From contig NMRA01000208.1 of the NCBI GenBank assembly GCA_002633005.1, positions 1 to 64,000 of the forward strand: a stretch of DNA of 64,000 nt, written 5' to 3'. Of this stretch, positions 12,659 to 24,905 are shown one piece after another. Numbering within the stretch: position 1 is the first letter of the stretch; every line of letters begins with the position of its first letter. The DNA comes from Phoronis australis (Eukaryota > Animalia > Phoronida). The notes under the pieces were generated by a model. It was not told the origin of the DNA. It was given only the letters and a program-made list of their open reading frames with translations, and did no database searches. Position numbers and translations under genes: made by a program.

Positions 12659-13063
12659 GTGACAACACTGCTCGAGTGTCTTCTGGTCCATCTCAGTGTC
12701 ACCAAGCGGTTCACTTCTGGGCTTCAGTAAGTGAGTAAAGTGACAACACTGCTCGAGTGTCTTCTGGTCCATCTCAGTGTCACCAAACGGTTCACTTTGC
12801 GGCTTTAGTAAGTGAGCAAAGTGACAACACTGCTCGAGTGTCTTCTGGTCCATCTCAGTGTCACCAAACGGTTCACTTTGCAGCTTTAGTAAGTGAGCAA
12901 AGTGACAACACTGCTCGAGTGTCTTCTGGTCCATCTCAGTGTCACCAAACGGTTCACTTTGCGGCTTTAGTAAGTGAGTAAAGTGACAACACTGCTCGAG
13001 TGTCTTCTGGTCCATCTCAGTGTCACCAAACGGCCCAATTTGCGGCTATAGTAAGTGAGTAAA
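12659..13063. repeat. 81-bp minisatellite, about 5 copies (intronic, absent from copy B)
   Basis: gtgacaacactgctcgagtgtcttctggtcc recurs every 81 nt. Confidence 0.95.
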
Positions 13064-15091
13064 CCTTTCTGGATACATTAGACGTTTTTCTTTTTCTCAA
13101 TCTGTGGGCACGCGTGTGATAAGTTTCGAGTGGAACGCTTGACATTGAATCCCTCTTTTATCAGGCAGTGAGGTTAACTCATCGTCATTGCGCCTCAACT
13201 AACGTTGTTCATGGACCTTTGTTCGAAACTAACTCATCTATTTTCTGACAACTGCGGAAGTAACGAAACAAATGCGAAACGTCATAAATCTTTTTCGATT
13301 TCTACCCTAATGATGCATATTTCAATATCAAAGTAAAACTTTCGCGTTTTCTTCAAACCAACAAATACATGCCAAAAGCTGTTTTCTTTTCTTTTGCAAA
13401 ATACACTAGTGATTTCAACTGGCACGAGCGCCGCTGGTGGAAATGAAAAATGATGTCATTTCGCACATGCGCCTTGGCGACGATACAGAAAATGATCTTT
13501 AGCGCAGTCGTGTATCCAATTAATTCTTCTTACAAGAGAGCATCTGCCAAACTATTCAGATTATTTTACAAGTGTGTTTCATAGATACGAGTGATGCTCC
13601 AAGTATCAGTCAATCGAAAATTGGACAAACATTTTATTGTGAAAATTTCTCCCATTTTTCAGTGGTGAATGGCCACAGAGGCCAATACTTTGTTAGTATT
13701 GGAAGGAAGAACAGAGTAAGTCGAGAAAAACTTTTAAAGCATACGACAACATATAACGTATGGAACTTTACTGACGCGAAAGCAAAGTACATGGCAGATA
13801 TTTCGGCACTGTGGGTAAATACAGCTAGATTGGAATGTAGCAGTGTAATCGGGGACGGCCCTATTGATCCTTTCCTCCACCCAGCATCATCCCTTAGTTT
13901 TTAACAATATGAGCACAAAACCGAAACCTTTGCAGTCTCTAGAATTGACCTATTTATTTTTGCGCTGGGAAACAGTGGAAGTAAGTGCCTGACTTCCTAG
14001 TGCAATGTCTGCTGCAATTTTTGTAAGAGATAGATGCTCCTGAACAATGCTCTGGGTGTCACAAGGAGTAAATCTGGTACTGAAGAGAATGCCTGGTTCC
14101 TGCACCTGCGCCTCCTGTGTACGGGTCAGGACATGCGGATCTCCTAGGGTAGGATGTTTCTCATCAATGGCAGTGCCACAGTGTAACTCTGTAGCGTTGA
14201 CAACACCAACCTCCGCCCCCCAGTTGTTGCAACTCTCACTGTTTATATGTGACTATATGGGTCACGTGTGTTTTGTATTGTGATTGTGTTTCACTTGAGC
14301 GTTGGTAGTTCTGGTTGGGGAGTGAAATAAGAAGTCGTGACCAGGACTCTGGAGTTCTTGCCTAATTTCTACCCGAAAGTAAGAAATAAATGATTTAATT
14401 ACTACTAAGTCACTTGTAATATCAAATTCAAATCCTGAACCTAGGATGACACGAAAATGTTAAACATCTCTATATTGTTGAATGTATACGGTCTTCCTGA
14501 CATGGCAGATGTAGTAATGACGCACTTTACAAGAGCTAAGACTTTTAGCACTTTTTCATTTGTCATGAAATTCATTGGTGAATTACACGGAATGTGTGCC
14601 TCTAAACTCGTAAACTTAATGCATTTTAAATGTACACCAATAAATGAGGAGAAAAAGGACAAAATAAATTTACCAGGTGAAAGTAGTCACGTAACCTTTT
14701 AAAGCTCAGGGTTCAGTGACTATAAAGGTATAGTAAACCAGCGCATTCTTTCAAAAAAACTTTTAATTTATCTCCGTTACCTTTACAAATTTGGTTTCAC
14801 CTTGTTTTTTTACTCAGATAAGTAATGATTTGATTTCAACTGAAATACCTGTTATCACTTCACACCAGACACGCTAAAAGGGCAATTAACCCGCTTCCTT
14901 CCGCAAAAAATGATATCGGTCACAGAGGGCTATAAAGTTGTCCTCATCTTATTCAGATTAGAGAAGATTTGGAACCTGAACAAGAACTCACAGTTCGTTA
15001 AAATGCTTCAGACCAGACTCGTTCGCGTAAGTTGCATCTCACGCGCAAGTTTCAAACGCCAAAGCAATATGGCCAACCAACTCAGTGCAAA

Positions 15092-15364
15092 CATAGATTA
15101 TAGACAATAGATTGGCAACTCCAACATTTTCTTGCGTAGTATCCTAGAGGAGGCGCCGCTCTCAATTTACCAATTTCAGATTCCAGATAGTGTATTGTGA
15201 AGGAAAATTCTCGCATCATGCAGGCAACATACTTGCCAGAAGTACAGCTTGCCAATTTGGCCAGGTGCCGCCAGTGAATAATTACGTCAGGGCTTGCGCG
15301 TAAGATCACAGATTCCTTCCATTGAAAATATACGGAGTTGGCGGTCCGTGTACTATAGTCTATG
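15092..15364. mobile_element. MITE with CATAGAC/T terminal inverted repeats
   Basis: catagattatag...ctatagtctatg ends; imperfect flanking repeat gtgcaaa/gtgcagc; lies in a segment absent from copy B. Confidence 0.6.
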
Positions 15365-15860
15365 GTGCAGCCAATTTCAACTTAAGCAAATTTCAGTTGA
15401 TCCATTCTTGTTGTTTTATTTACCGATTTATATTCAACTTAAGCAAAGGATGAGAGCGACCTGACACCTAAGAAAAAGTAATGTCTTAAAACACGGGCAT
15501 AGTTTATAGTGACTTTAAGTTGCTTACCACGGCAGATAAGTTTCGGCAGCTGAATTAGTACGGTCTTCAGGGGTATTCCACGCGTTTAATTGTAACTAAT
15601 TTTAATTCAAACAAAGGTTCAGGTGCGATGATTCTGATTTGGCAGAGCGAATACCCATGTGAAAAAAGTTAGTGTCATTGACTCCAGAATATGACTTTAG
15701 GCACATCGGTTTTAGCAGTGGTTGGCGGAATACTTTTTCTCAACTGGCTTACCAAACACAGTTGCATTATTTGCAGATGACGTCATAGTGGTGAGTCAAC
15801 TGTTTCTACAGAGTGTTACTATCTCGAATACTCGTAAATGCAAATTTTGTTATGTTTTAC

Positions 15861-15878
15861 CGTTTAACATATCAAAAT
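15861..15878 (-). CDS. Gene copy A, candidate 18-nt symmetric micro-exon
   Basis: gttttcag|AT TTT GAT ATG TTA AAC G|gtaaaa, phase 1-1; both splice sites conserved in copy B. Confidence 0.4.
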
Positions 15879-16173
15879 CTGAAAACAGCGTTCACTGTCA
15901 TACAAGACAAAGAAGAATGCTTTAAATATGTGTTCCCACACGACTTAAAGCGATAAAAAGTCGCACGGATGTCGTAAACGACAACCGAAGACTGTAGCCC
16001 CTAAGAAGTATTAGACAATTGGAGAGTGTTGACAGTAAGTCATACAAAGCTGCTTGCGAAGCCTTATATGAATAATTGGATTATATGCAAAGGCACTTGC
16101 GCAACTGCATATGAGTTGCAAAAATCCAAGTGGCTCCTAATCGAAATTTAAATACTGTCATTGAACAACTTAC

Positions 16174-16231
16174 TTGAACCGTCAACGGTTGCAACACTGG
16201 CAAACAGGAACGCTACTGCAATGGACCACAT
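16174..16231 (-). CDS. Gene copy A, first coding exon: signal peptide
   Basis: attttcag|aaagaATG; MWSIAVAFLFASVATVDGS + A|gtaagt (phase 1, compatible with the FAMeT exon); conserved in copy B. Confidence 0.8.
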
Positions 16232-18837
16232 TCTTTCTGAAAATAATAAAGGACGTTATCTTGTGCTCACAGCAAAGAAATACTCGTCACATGAAAAATG
16301 AAATGAATATCTAACTGTACACGCCATTGAATACGTTGACAACAAGACTAAAAATTTTGCAACATAAAACATTTTTAGAAGAAAAATGTAAGTCTTCTCA
16401 GTCCAGTAAGTCACTTCTACTTGTATTTTTAACGTAACTGTGAACCTAAAACAAAAAATACATAAAAATTTTGATGACTACCTCCTTTAATGTCTTAGCT
16501 TTGGTTTAGCCTTAATAAATCCAAAAACGGCTTTTAACCAACCACTTTCGTGCGTCGTATCTCTTTTATTTTTGTTGATGATACAGTTCTGCCCAATGAC
16601 CCAATTGTAAAATTCGACATTCATTCATAAGACTTGTAAATCGAGTTTAAAATATACAAAATTGTAAGTAATAGCGTAATCCGACGAGAGTTTACATTGC
16701 AAGCAAAATATTTATTAAAAAATATTTGCAGGCGGTCTGGTACACGTTGTTTTTTATTTTTAAATTTTCATATACAGTATTATCAATAAGTAACATCACA
16801 ATGTCACTAACAATAAACACATATACGCACGCATCTATTCAATGGTCGCTTAATTTTCAATTATATGACCGAATTTCAATCATCTGTTTCTAAATCTATC
16901 AAAATTTCTATTATTTCTCTGTGAGATAAAACTGTTTTAAAATATTAACAAACTTAGACCATTAATAGATGATAAACAGACCGCCAATCTTTGACGATAC
17001 ATGTGATATTTCCCTAGAATCAAAATTAAGTTTGTAGATGAATATTTGTTGTTGATCAGGGTTTTTATGTTTATTACGAAATCTTCAATACAATGAATAT
17101 ACATAACCCAGATAGTGCCAAGAGACATTATATCTGGGTTAAATAAATACAAAATGTCTATACAATTTTACACACAAAAACATAAATTAAAAAACAAACT
17201 GATATTAAGATTACAATGACATATGATTACGAATGTAGATAAATCATTTTTATACACATGTATACAATTCTATCCACTCTTTTAAAGAGATTTAACATTA
17301 GCGTTCATTATTGTTTCATCGCTATCACTGACGTACAATTCGAAAACATCTTCCCTGAAGGTTCTGTTGTAGTTACAATGTACAAAAAAGTGCATCAAAG
17401 TGTCTGAGGCTTTATTACAAAATGTACAAGCAGAACAATCCTAGACGTCTATTTTATAACGAGATGAATTTGCACATACTATTCTAGGAACTAGTCGATA
17501 CTGGAACCATCTCAAGTTAACATCTAGACAAAAATTAAAAACGTTTACGTACACTGTTTTCCAACACATAGTTGATTCATTACTCATCTCAAAAATCCGT
17601 TTATACTGTGAGATCGATTTTATCATCATATTTTGAATAAATATATCATACATTGATCTACACCTTTTCTTATATTTGATATTTGATTTAACACTTCCGG
17701 ATAATGGGGTAGACGCAGCACAACTCTAGTATTTGAATTTGTATCACCGACCCAGGCGGACAGTATTGCTTTCTCATAAGAAGTTGTTATCATAGGTCAC
17801 ACGGAAAGCGTTTTACAAAAAGCGTCATAATCTATAGAACAGTGCTGTCAGTATCCATTGTATCATATACACATCTTACTCCTCTATCGTTCCACGACTT
17901 ATAAAATACTGATTTTTTCCAATTCTGATTGAGGAGTTGTACCAGAGCTGTTGATAAATGAGATTTTCTAAGTTCGCCAAATTCCCCTGAGTCAATGACA
18001 CAAATTCTTTCAAGATAGAAAATTTTCCATGCAGAACTTATTTTTAATTTAAGAGGATATCACATCACTTTAGTCATCTCCAAAACTCCGTAGAAGTCTA
18101 AAATTGTTTTTAAAAATGCTTCAGATCAAACATATACACAGGGTTGTTTTGCATTTACTAATCTATGTAGTCACGTAACTTTCAGTGCCTTTATGTCAGA
18201 AGCCAAGTGGTCTATTATGCATCCTCCACTGTTGTAATCCTGGCTCACAACTTTTCTAGCTATTCTATTATTTTTCTGTCAGTAAAAAGATTAAAAAAAA
18301 CTTTTGGTTTATTTTTTACAAACGCTTGGGAAGGAGACGGGAGTGTGATAAACAGATCGGTTACTTTTGGTAAAAGAATAGTTTTTACCACTGTGACCCT
18401 CCCGAGCGTCGTACGACTACGGCCAGGCCAGACTTTCAATGTTTTTGTTTCCTTCCTTTTTCATCGTAGTTTAAATTTGGAATATTTTCCAAGTCTACGC
18501 TACATGTAATTCCCTATACGGTAAAAGTTTCACTGGTCCATCCTAAATTTCTTTAAGAGCATAAGATGGTCTTTCAATGTTTCTTGGAACCAATCCATAC
18601 GCACTGACTTTTTTCGGTATTTGGTTAGGACGAGAGAATTTTGCATACTGATCAAATAGGGCTTAAGGAACATTTAAGTGAGTATTGTGACCCATCCAGA
18701 GTCATGACAGTGTCGTCTGCGTACTGCAGAACTTTAAATTCATGAGTTTTATTTATTGTGATACCTTTTATATTACAACTAGCTGCTACCCGTAGCTTTG
18801 CACACATAGAAGAATGATTGTATCTACTAAAAAAAAA

Positions 18838-19094
18838 GCAATGCTGGTACTCTACTACAACACAGCAATGCTGCTACTCTACTACAACACAGCAGTGCTG
18901 GTACTCTACTACAACACAGCAGTGCTGGTACTCTACTACAACACAGCAGTGCTGGTACTCTACTACAACACAGCAATGCTGCTACTCTGCTACAACACAG
19001 CAGTGCTGGTACTCTACTACAACACAGCAATGCTGCTACTCTACTACAACACAGCAATACTGGTACTCTACTACAACCCAGCAGTGCTGGTACT
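18838..19094. repeat. 27-bp minisatellite, about 9.5 copies, inside the Helitron
   Basis: Unit agcartgctgstactctactacaacac. Confidence 0.95.
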
Positions 19095-19451
19095 GTTTCT
19101 TTTTAACAATTTACCTGTAAAATTGACTTGTGGTCTGGAGTTGTGACTACGAAGTAAAGTTGGCTTGTGGTGTGATGGGTGAATGGGAACCTGTAAAACA
19201 AAAATCAATTAACACAATAATAAGGTTTTCATCGAATGGTAGTGCTCTACTTCTAGCACCATGAAATTATTTATTTACCTGCAATCAATCACAAACATTG
19301 TGTATGTGTTGCTCTATGCACAACTTAAAGAATGGTTTAATTTTTGCAAAATAAAAGTGAAATCATTAACTTTATCACTCACTATTGCAGTGATATGCTG
19401 GAAATCGACAATCTTGGATTTTTATTTTGATGAAAATGTCACATCACAACC

Positions 19452-19881
19452 GAGACAATGACCAACGTCTCTTGCTTGCTAAATAAAGACAGTGTAGATC
19501 CTATAAACAGGTGCTTCATGCGCCGAAAGCTTTTAGGCGAATTATGCCTCACAGTGATTAAAACATCAAAGTCACGTTGTTGTAGATACCTTATGTGCAT
19601 AGAGGGACACCTTAGACGGCAGTCTATGGCTTTAATTCCTTCCATTTTGAAAAATACTCCCGTTATCAAACTTTTTCTTCGAGCAGTTTGATAACGGAGT
19701 ATTTGTTCGAGTTGGAAGGAATTAAGGTGTCCCTCTATGCGCATAAGTTATTTGCAACAACGTGAATTTGATGTTTTATTCCATGTGAGGCATAATTCGC
19801 CGCAAAGCTTCCGGTGTATGGAGCGCTTATAGGAGATACACAGTCTCTATTTATACAGCTAGAGATGTTGGTCACTATTTA
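19452..19881. mobile_element. Foldback/Mutator-like MITE (about 430-bp imperfect palindrome) with 9-bp TSD
   Basis: Arms mirror around about 19679 (e.g. gcatagagggacacctta / taaggtgtccctctatgc; gcgaattatgcctcaca / tgtgaggcataattcgc). TSD atcacaacc at 19443-19451 and 19882-19890. Confidence 0.85.
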
Positions 19882-22800
19882 ATCACAACCATGCCTAAAA
19901 TCAGCACAAATATTAACATATAACAATACAACTCACTGAACATTTGACCTGAGGTCGGGAGGGGCGAGTGAGACTGTATAAAGTTGAATGTAAAGTTGTA
20001 AAACAAAAAATAAAAATAAAAATAAAAAACGTTAAATAGAGTATTGGGTGATATTTTTCAAAGAAGCGCTCCCTATGGACCAGAGACAGGGCCACCTACC
20101 AACCATGTCATGTTACGGAATTTGCTAACAAAGAACGAAATGTTACGGAAACAGCCGACAGAAGCCGATATTAGGTAACAAAGGATAAGTCTATGGTTGC
20201 AGGATACACTGAGAGTTTTTAATGGGAACGTAGCAATTTTAACCACATGAGTAAAAAATCGCACAATCCTCACAGGGATTAACAAGCGTCCTGTGCCGAT
20301 TTTGTTTCACTACGTTAGGTGGTAACAGTGTAACACTAACACGCCAAAACAGGCAACAAACTTAGGTATTACGATAGAATTAAAGCAAAATAAGTCAAAT
20401 TATATTACACAGCGTCAGGGACGTTGTAATTAAATCTCGCCACTGTCACTCGGTGGCTTTTGCCTCAAGCCGTTTAAAACAGATTGTACTGTCACTGTGT
20501 TTTCACAGTAGCAAAATCAGTAAAGCAATAAAGGGATTTGAATATGACTTAACAGAGCGAAACGAAAAATCATTCCTTACCAGCTAATCCTCAGGATGAA
20601 GACAACCGTGAGCACGTGTGAACCGAAGCAGCCATAAATCGTAGAGCAGTGGTGAATGCTATGTCATTGTGTAAGATTTTTTCAATTTAAAAGAAAGATA
20701 AATTAGTAAAACAGATATAATAACTATTTTTTTCATATTTTGTGTTTCAAAACACAGTAGTTTGCAGTGCACTGGGAAAGTTTCCTTTGTTTGTTAACAG
20801 TCGATGCTTGCGTAATGAACGATTTAAAAACATGGTACTCGGCGGGAGTGCCCGCGTAACATCATGTATAAAGAAAAAGACGATGAGGAGTGAAATGATT
20901 TTCTCTTAACAAAACATGGGAAAATGTGGCAACACAAAGGCGATAATTGCCGCGAAACAGAGTAATTTGGCGGCGACAGGCCCTAATTAAGAAATTTGTA
21001 CACGACGGAAGCTTGAGGGAGAGAAATTAATCCGATAAAATGACGTCACTCAGGCCGTTGAGCCGACGGACTGACATCACCAAAGCTAGTACGAAATTTG
21101 CCACCCTAGATCCCTCCGCGTCGGCGAAAAAAAACGGCCCGTGAGAAAAATAGAACACCTCAAATCAAAAGAGAGGGCCTGTGCACTACGTGGGGGAGAC
21201 GGAGTTTGTGCCAACGATGCATTTTATATAATAGATTATCAAACCCAGTATTTCTTTGCACATTAAATAGGGAGACACAGAGTCTCCTTGTTCACAACCC
21301 CTAGAGGTCTCAAAGGACTTTAAGGACATTCCACTTGTAATATTTAGACCCGCGAAGTCCGTTGGAGAATATGCATCCACTTCGCCAAAATTGTATTGTG
21401 GAGAAATTTCCATGACAAAGAGTCGAAAACTTTCTCAAAATCGACCATCATAAGAAGACCAGGGACATTATTGCATATTGCATTGTGTCATGAATTGGCC
21501 TAGTATTTTTCCAATATTTCTTCCCGCTAAACAAACTTTTTGGTTATCATGAATCGAATAATTCAAAACAGATTGTTATCCTTTCAGCTATAGAAGCTGA
21601 CAACAAGTTGCAACTTATATTTAATAAAGTAATAGGTCTCATTTTTTTAAAGAATTCTCGTGGTTTTTCACCCTTAGGCAGCAATTTTACAACTCCGTAT
21701 GGTTGGTTTGGATGTTAATCCAAAATCTGCCTCAAAAACAAGATCAAATTCTTAAACCTCTTAATACACATGTATATCTGTCGGACTCTGACAGAAGTTA
21801 ATTCAGCAGAATAGAGAGAAGAAACAGACGAGTGAAAATAACAACGCGAAAAACGCCAATCGGCTCATACTACAGAGAAAAAACACAAAAACAAAACAAC
21901 GGAGATGTATTGCACTTTCAAGTCGAATGCTATGTATACTGCAGAGGAAGTAAAAATTTGCATGTCAGAACATATTACATAATCAGGCCTTCCTGAGTTT
22001 TACCCACAGTGTCTAAACCCTTTATCGTAACAACTGCGTTCCAATTTTGAAGTTTATTTTAACTTTTGAACATCGATTTCTCGGCGATGCGCAAACGAAT
22101 TGCTATGAAATTTCGAATGTTTGCTATTTGATGCCTTTCAAAGGGAACCGGATCTCAGAATCTCGATTCAAGTCCGTGATTTTTGGAACGAAGCCTTCAA
22201 AAATCAAGAGTGTAGTCTTTTTTTGCTAAAATGTGGAGACTTAAAAAGACCTATGTCAAAAACCTGAGACACAACTCCCTCGAAAATACCGTTATCAACA
22301 TGTTGACAGAAGACCAATATGAATGGAGGAACAATATTTTTAAAATCTCTGTTAAAAGTCAAAAAGTTTCTAAAAGCGCATATCTCGTGACACTTAACTG
22401 AGAATAAAAAGTGCGTTGGGAAAATTATTTATTCTCTTTTCAGAAAATAAAATACTTTGCAGGGGTTACAGCCAACTGAATTTAAGATATTTCCACGTAA
22501 GTGCAACCTGGTGAACAAGGTTCACAGTTACCTTAGTGTTTATTTAAACGTGACCATAGATCTTACCTGATCAGCGTCAAAAACCGCTTTGACCGAAAGA
22601 GATCTTGTGTGTTAATAAAACGAACGTTTTTTTATTAAAATTGATGTTTCGTATCTTTCTGTGACTTGTTGCATCTGTCTCCAACTGGAACCCATTGTAA
22701 CTCATTAGTCATAAATCGTCGGCAAACGAGCCGCATGACGTGTAAAAAAATATTTTTTCTCATCTAAGTTTTTTTTTTAATTTTGTGCCTACGTGACCCA

Positions 22801-22966
22801 AAGTGGAGAAAGTGTATGAGAAAAACGATATTCATGAAACGGTTGTATTTTTTCAAAGTAAGAGGACAGTAAAGTACATATTCATAATTACGTTAGCGAA
22901 ACGTAGTTTTATACATGAAGTATTTTTGGTCCTGAGCTGATTTGCGTGACTTTTGTTGTCGTCCGT

Positions 22967-24182
22967 TGATACGCCGTAAAATGTAACAATTTCGTTACAT
23001 CATTGTTACATTTTACGTTGCTAAACCTCTCCTAAAATCTAACAAGATGTTACATTTTATGTAATTTTACAAATTACGTCAAAAGCACATGCGAGAAATG
23101 TACCACTGTTACATCTTACGAAAGCGGCGCCATATTTCATGAGTTTGCATGGTTTTTGTCATACGGAGGAAAACAGTTCACTCATTTAACGGCTTCGTTC
23201 TCGGATTGTTTGAATGAAGTTCTGTTAAATGTTGCGATGGAAGGAAATAAAAGCAAGCATTTATTTGCTTGCAGATTGAAAGTTTTAAATTAGTGTAACA
23301 GAAAAACGTCGCCTTTGAGAAGAGCGAGCCAATAATTTAAAACAGCATAGGCCTGTGTTTTAAACCTCTTAAAAGCTGAAATATCATGGTTCCTCTGATG
23401 TCAAACCTGTCTGAAATAGTGATGCTAGCAACAGATAAAACCGTTTCGTGTATATGTAAAAATGGGAGACCTAGCTGGGGAAATAGAAAATATTTTGACA
23501 CTCTGAAAGGACGTGATCATTTTGCTCAAACAACGCTCAGCCGATAGTTTAAAGGGGCAGTAGTCCGAAACATCTGACTGTCGGCCTTTCGGACTACAAA
23601 AACGTGCACTTTCTCTTTCATTATCTTTTAAGATAAAATATCAATTAAAATGCTATTTTATCAATGTTCGTTAGTCCAAAACACATATCATTAGATACAG
23701 AGATTGGATATTCTACTATTAATGGAATCTACGTGTCTCCCGACACGCCAATTCTACGGTTTGCAAATCACTGTCAACAACACGCGTGGTTGTAGGCAGA
23801 TAAGGAATTTGGTTTATTAACCTTTTTGCTATATCGCATAAAAAGCACATACTAAACATGGATGACTTCGACGTTGGCGGGTTTTGCTCCATACGACCCA
23901 CTTTCAATGAAACCTAGATCAAATACTCAGTTAAATCACTGTGTTCTTCTAAGAATATAGAGGAACGTTCCACATAAAATTGGTGCGTGTTTTATACGTC
24001 CGTAACCAGCTTTTCTAGTGACTCGGTGACCGCACTTATAGTCTTCTAGTCGCCAGTTCTCGAAAAATGTCTGCCTCCAACGCAACTTTTGAACTTATGC
24101 ATCATCATGGAACTAGCCCTAGTTCTTTGAAAAGGAATGTTTGCTAAACATGTATTGTGTATATTGCACTCTGTTCTCGTTC

Positions 24183-24218
<36 letters not shown>

Positions 24219-24905
24219 GATAATGATAATGATGATAATGATAATAAATAATAAACAATAATAAATAATAATAATCAATAGTAATAATTAATAAATAATA
24301 ATAATAATAACAATAGCGATAACGACAACGAATTATACTATTAATAGTAATGTATTAGTAATATAAATGATGATGGGTGGCCACACTCATGCCCTGTCAG
24401 CCCGAAGGTCATTCCTATAGAAGAGGTGTACGAAAAGTGCCGCCCGAAAAGGTGTTTTTCTTCGCAGCAAAACAAATACTCTCATTGCCATTTTCGACAA
24501 AATACTATCTGGAAGGTGTCTTTTCTGAACTCCTGGTACAGAACTGTGCGAAAATGTGAATTTTTACTCAAAAAATACTCTCTTAATGGGTCGTTTTTTG
24601 TCCGAGACCACTCTCTAAATGGGTAGGTATCCAAAATTTTCGGGCACCACCCCTCGTTCAAAGTACTTGAGTACCCCCCAGCCATGTCAGATACCACTTG
24701 TTCGTGATTTGTGTCATTTTCTTTGTGATATGAAGTTGGTTTCGTAAAATGTAACAATGCGCATTCGAAGTAAAATGTAACAATTACGCAAAATGTAACA
24801 ACTTCTTACATTTTAGGAGGCGGTTTGCAACGTAAAATGTAACAATGATGTAAAAGGTAACAGTAGTTACATTTTACAAAATTGTTACGTTTTACAGCGT
24901 ATCAG
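22967..24905. mobile_element. Non-autonomous element with long modular inverted termini built of aaaatgtaaca units; a second partial copy follows at about 24905-25740
   Basis: tgatacgccgtaaaatgtaac... at 22967 versus ...gttacgttttacagcgtatca at 24904; 23025-23375 recurs, with an insertion, from 24927. Confidence 0.6.
24183..24375. repeat. (AAT)/(GATAAT) microsatellite
   Basis: Directly visible. Confidence 0.95.

Larger units (their letters stand above)
18779..21235 (-). mobile_element. Non-autonomous Helitron inserted at an A|T site inside the LINE
   Basis: Minus strand 5' A|TCTATTATATAAAATGC at 21235; 3' ...gtgcaaagctacgggtagcagCTAG|T at 18779. No TSD. Removing it brings LINE RT ...EILGLII next to NIKGITI... 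Confidence 0.8.
16750..21700 (-). mobile_element. Decayed L1/Tx1-like LINE ORF2, split by a Helitron (LINE parts about 16750-18778 and 21236-21700)
   Basis: Minus-strand RT motifs GLLMMVDFEKVFDS, SRGCEQGDSVSPYL (21250-21460), IKGITINK..KVLQYADDTVM (18710-18770), NLRWFQYRLV and a C-terminal zinc-finger remnant; T-rich tail at 16750, where homology with copy B stops. Confidence 0.85.
4460..22950. repeat. Segmental duplication copy A (direct repeat of about 44140-52510), expanded by TE insertions
   Basis: Colinear similarity in exons and introns: 4460-6630 ~ 44140-46113; 11780-12330 ~ 48460-49000; 14630-16750 ~ 49000-50690; 22035-22950 ~ 51612-52510. Confidence 0.92.

Noticed and set aside
12638-13015. 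ORF of 27-aa Cys/His repeats; also superficially CRISPR-like
   Set aside because: By-product of an 81-bp minisatellite with no unique spacers; absent from the paralog; eukaryotic intron.
13930-14390. Possible solo LTR
   Set aside because: No clear TG...CA termini with TSD and no second copy.
18814-19146. Cys-rich or hydrophobic repeat ORFs in three frames
   Set aside because: Stop-free 27-bp minisatellite inside a Helitron; no gene structure.
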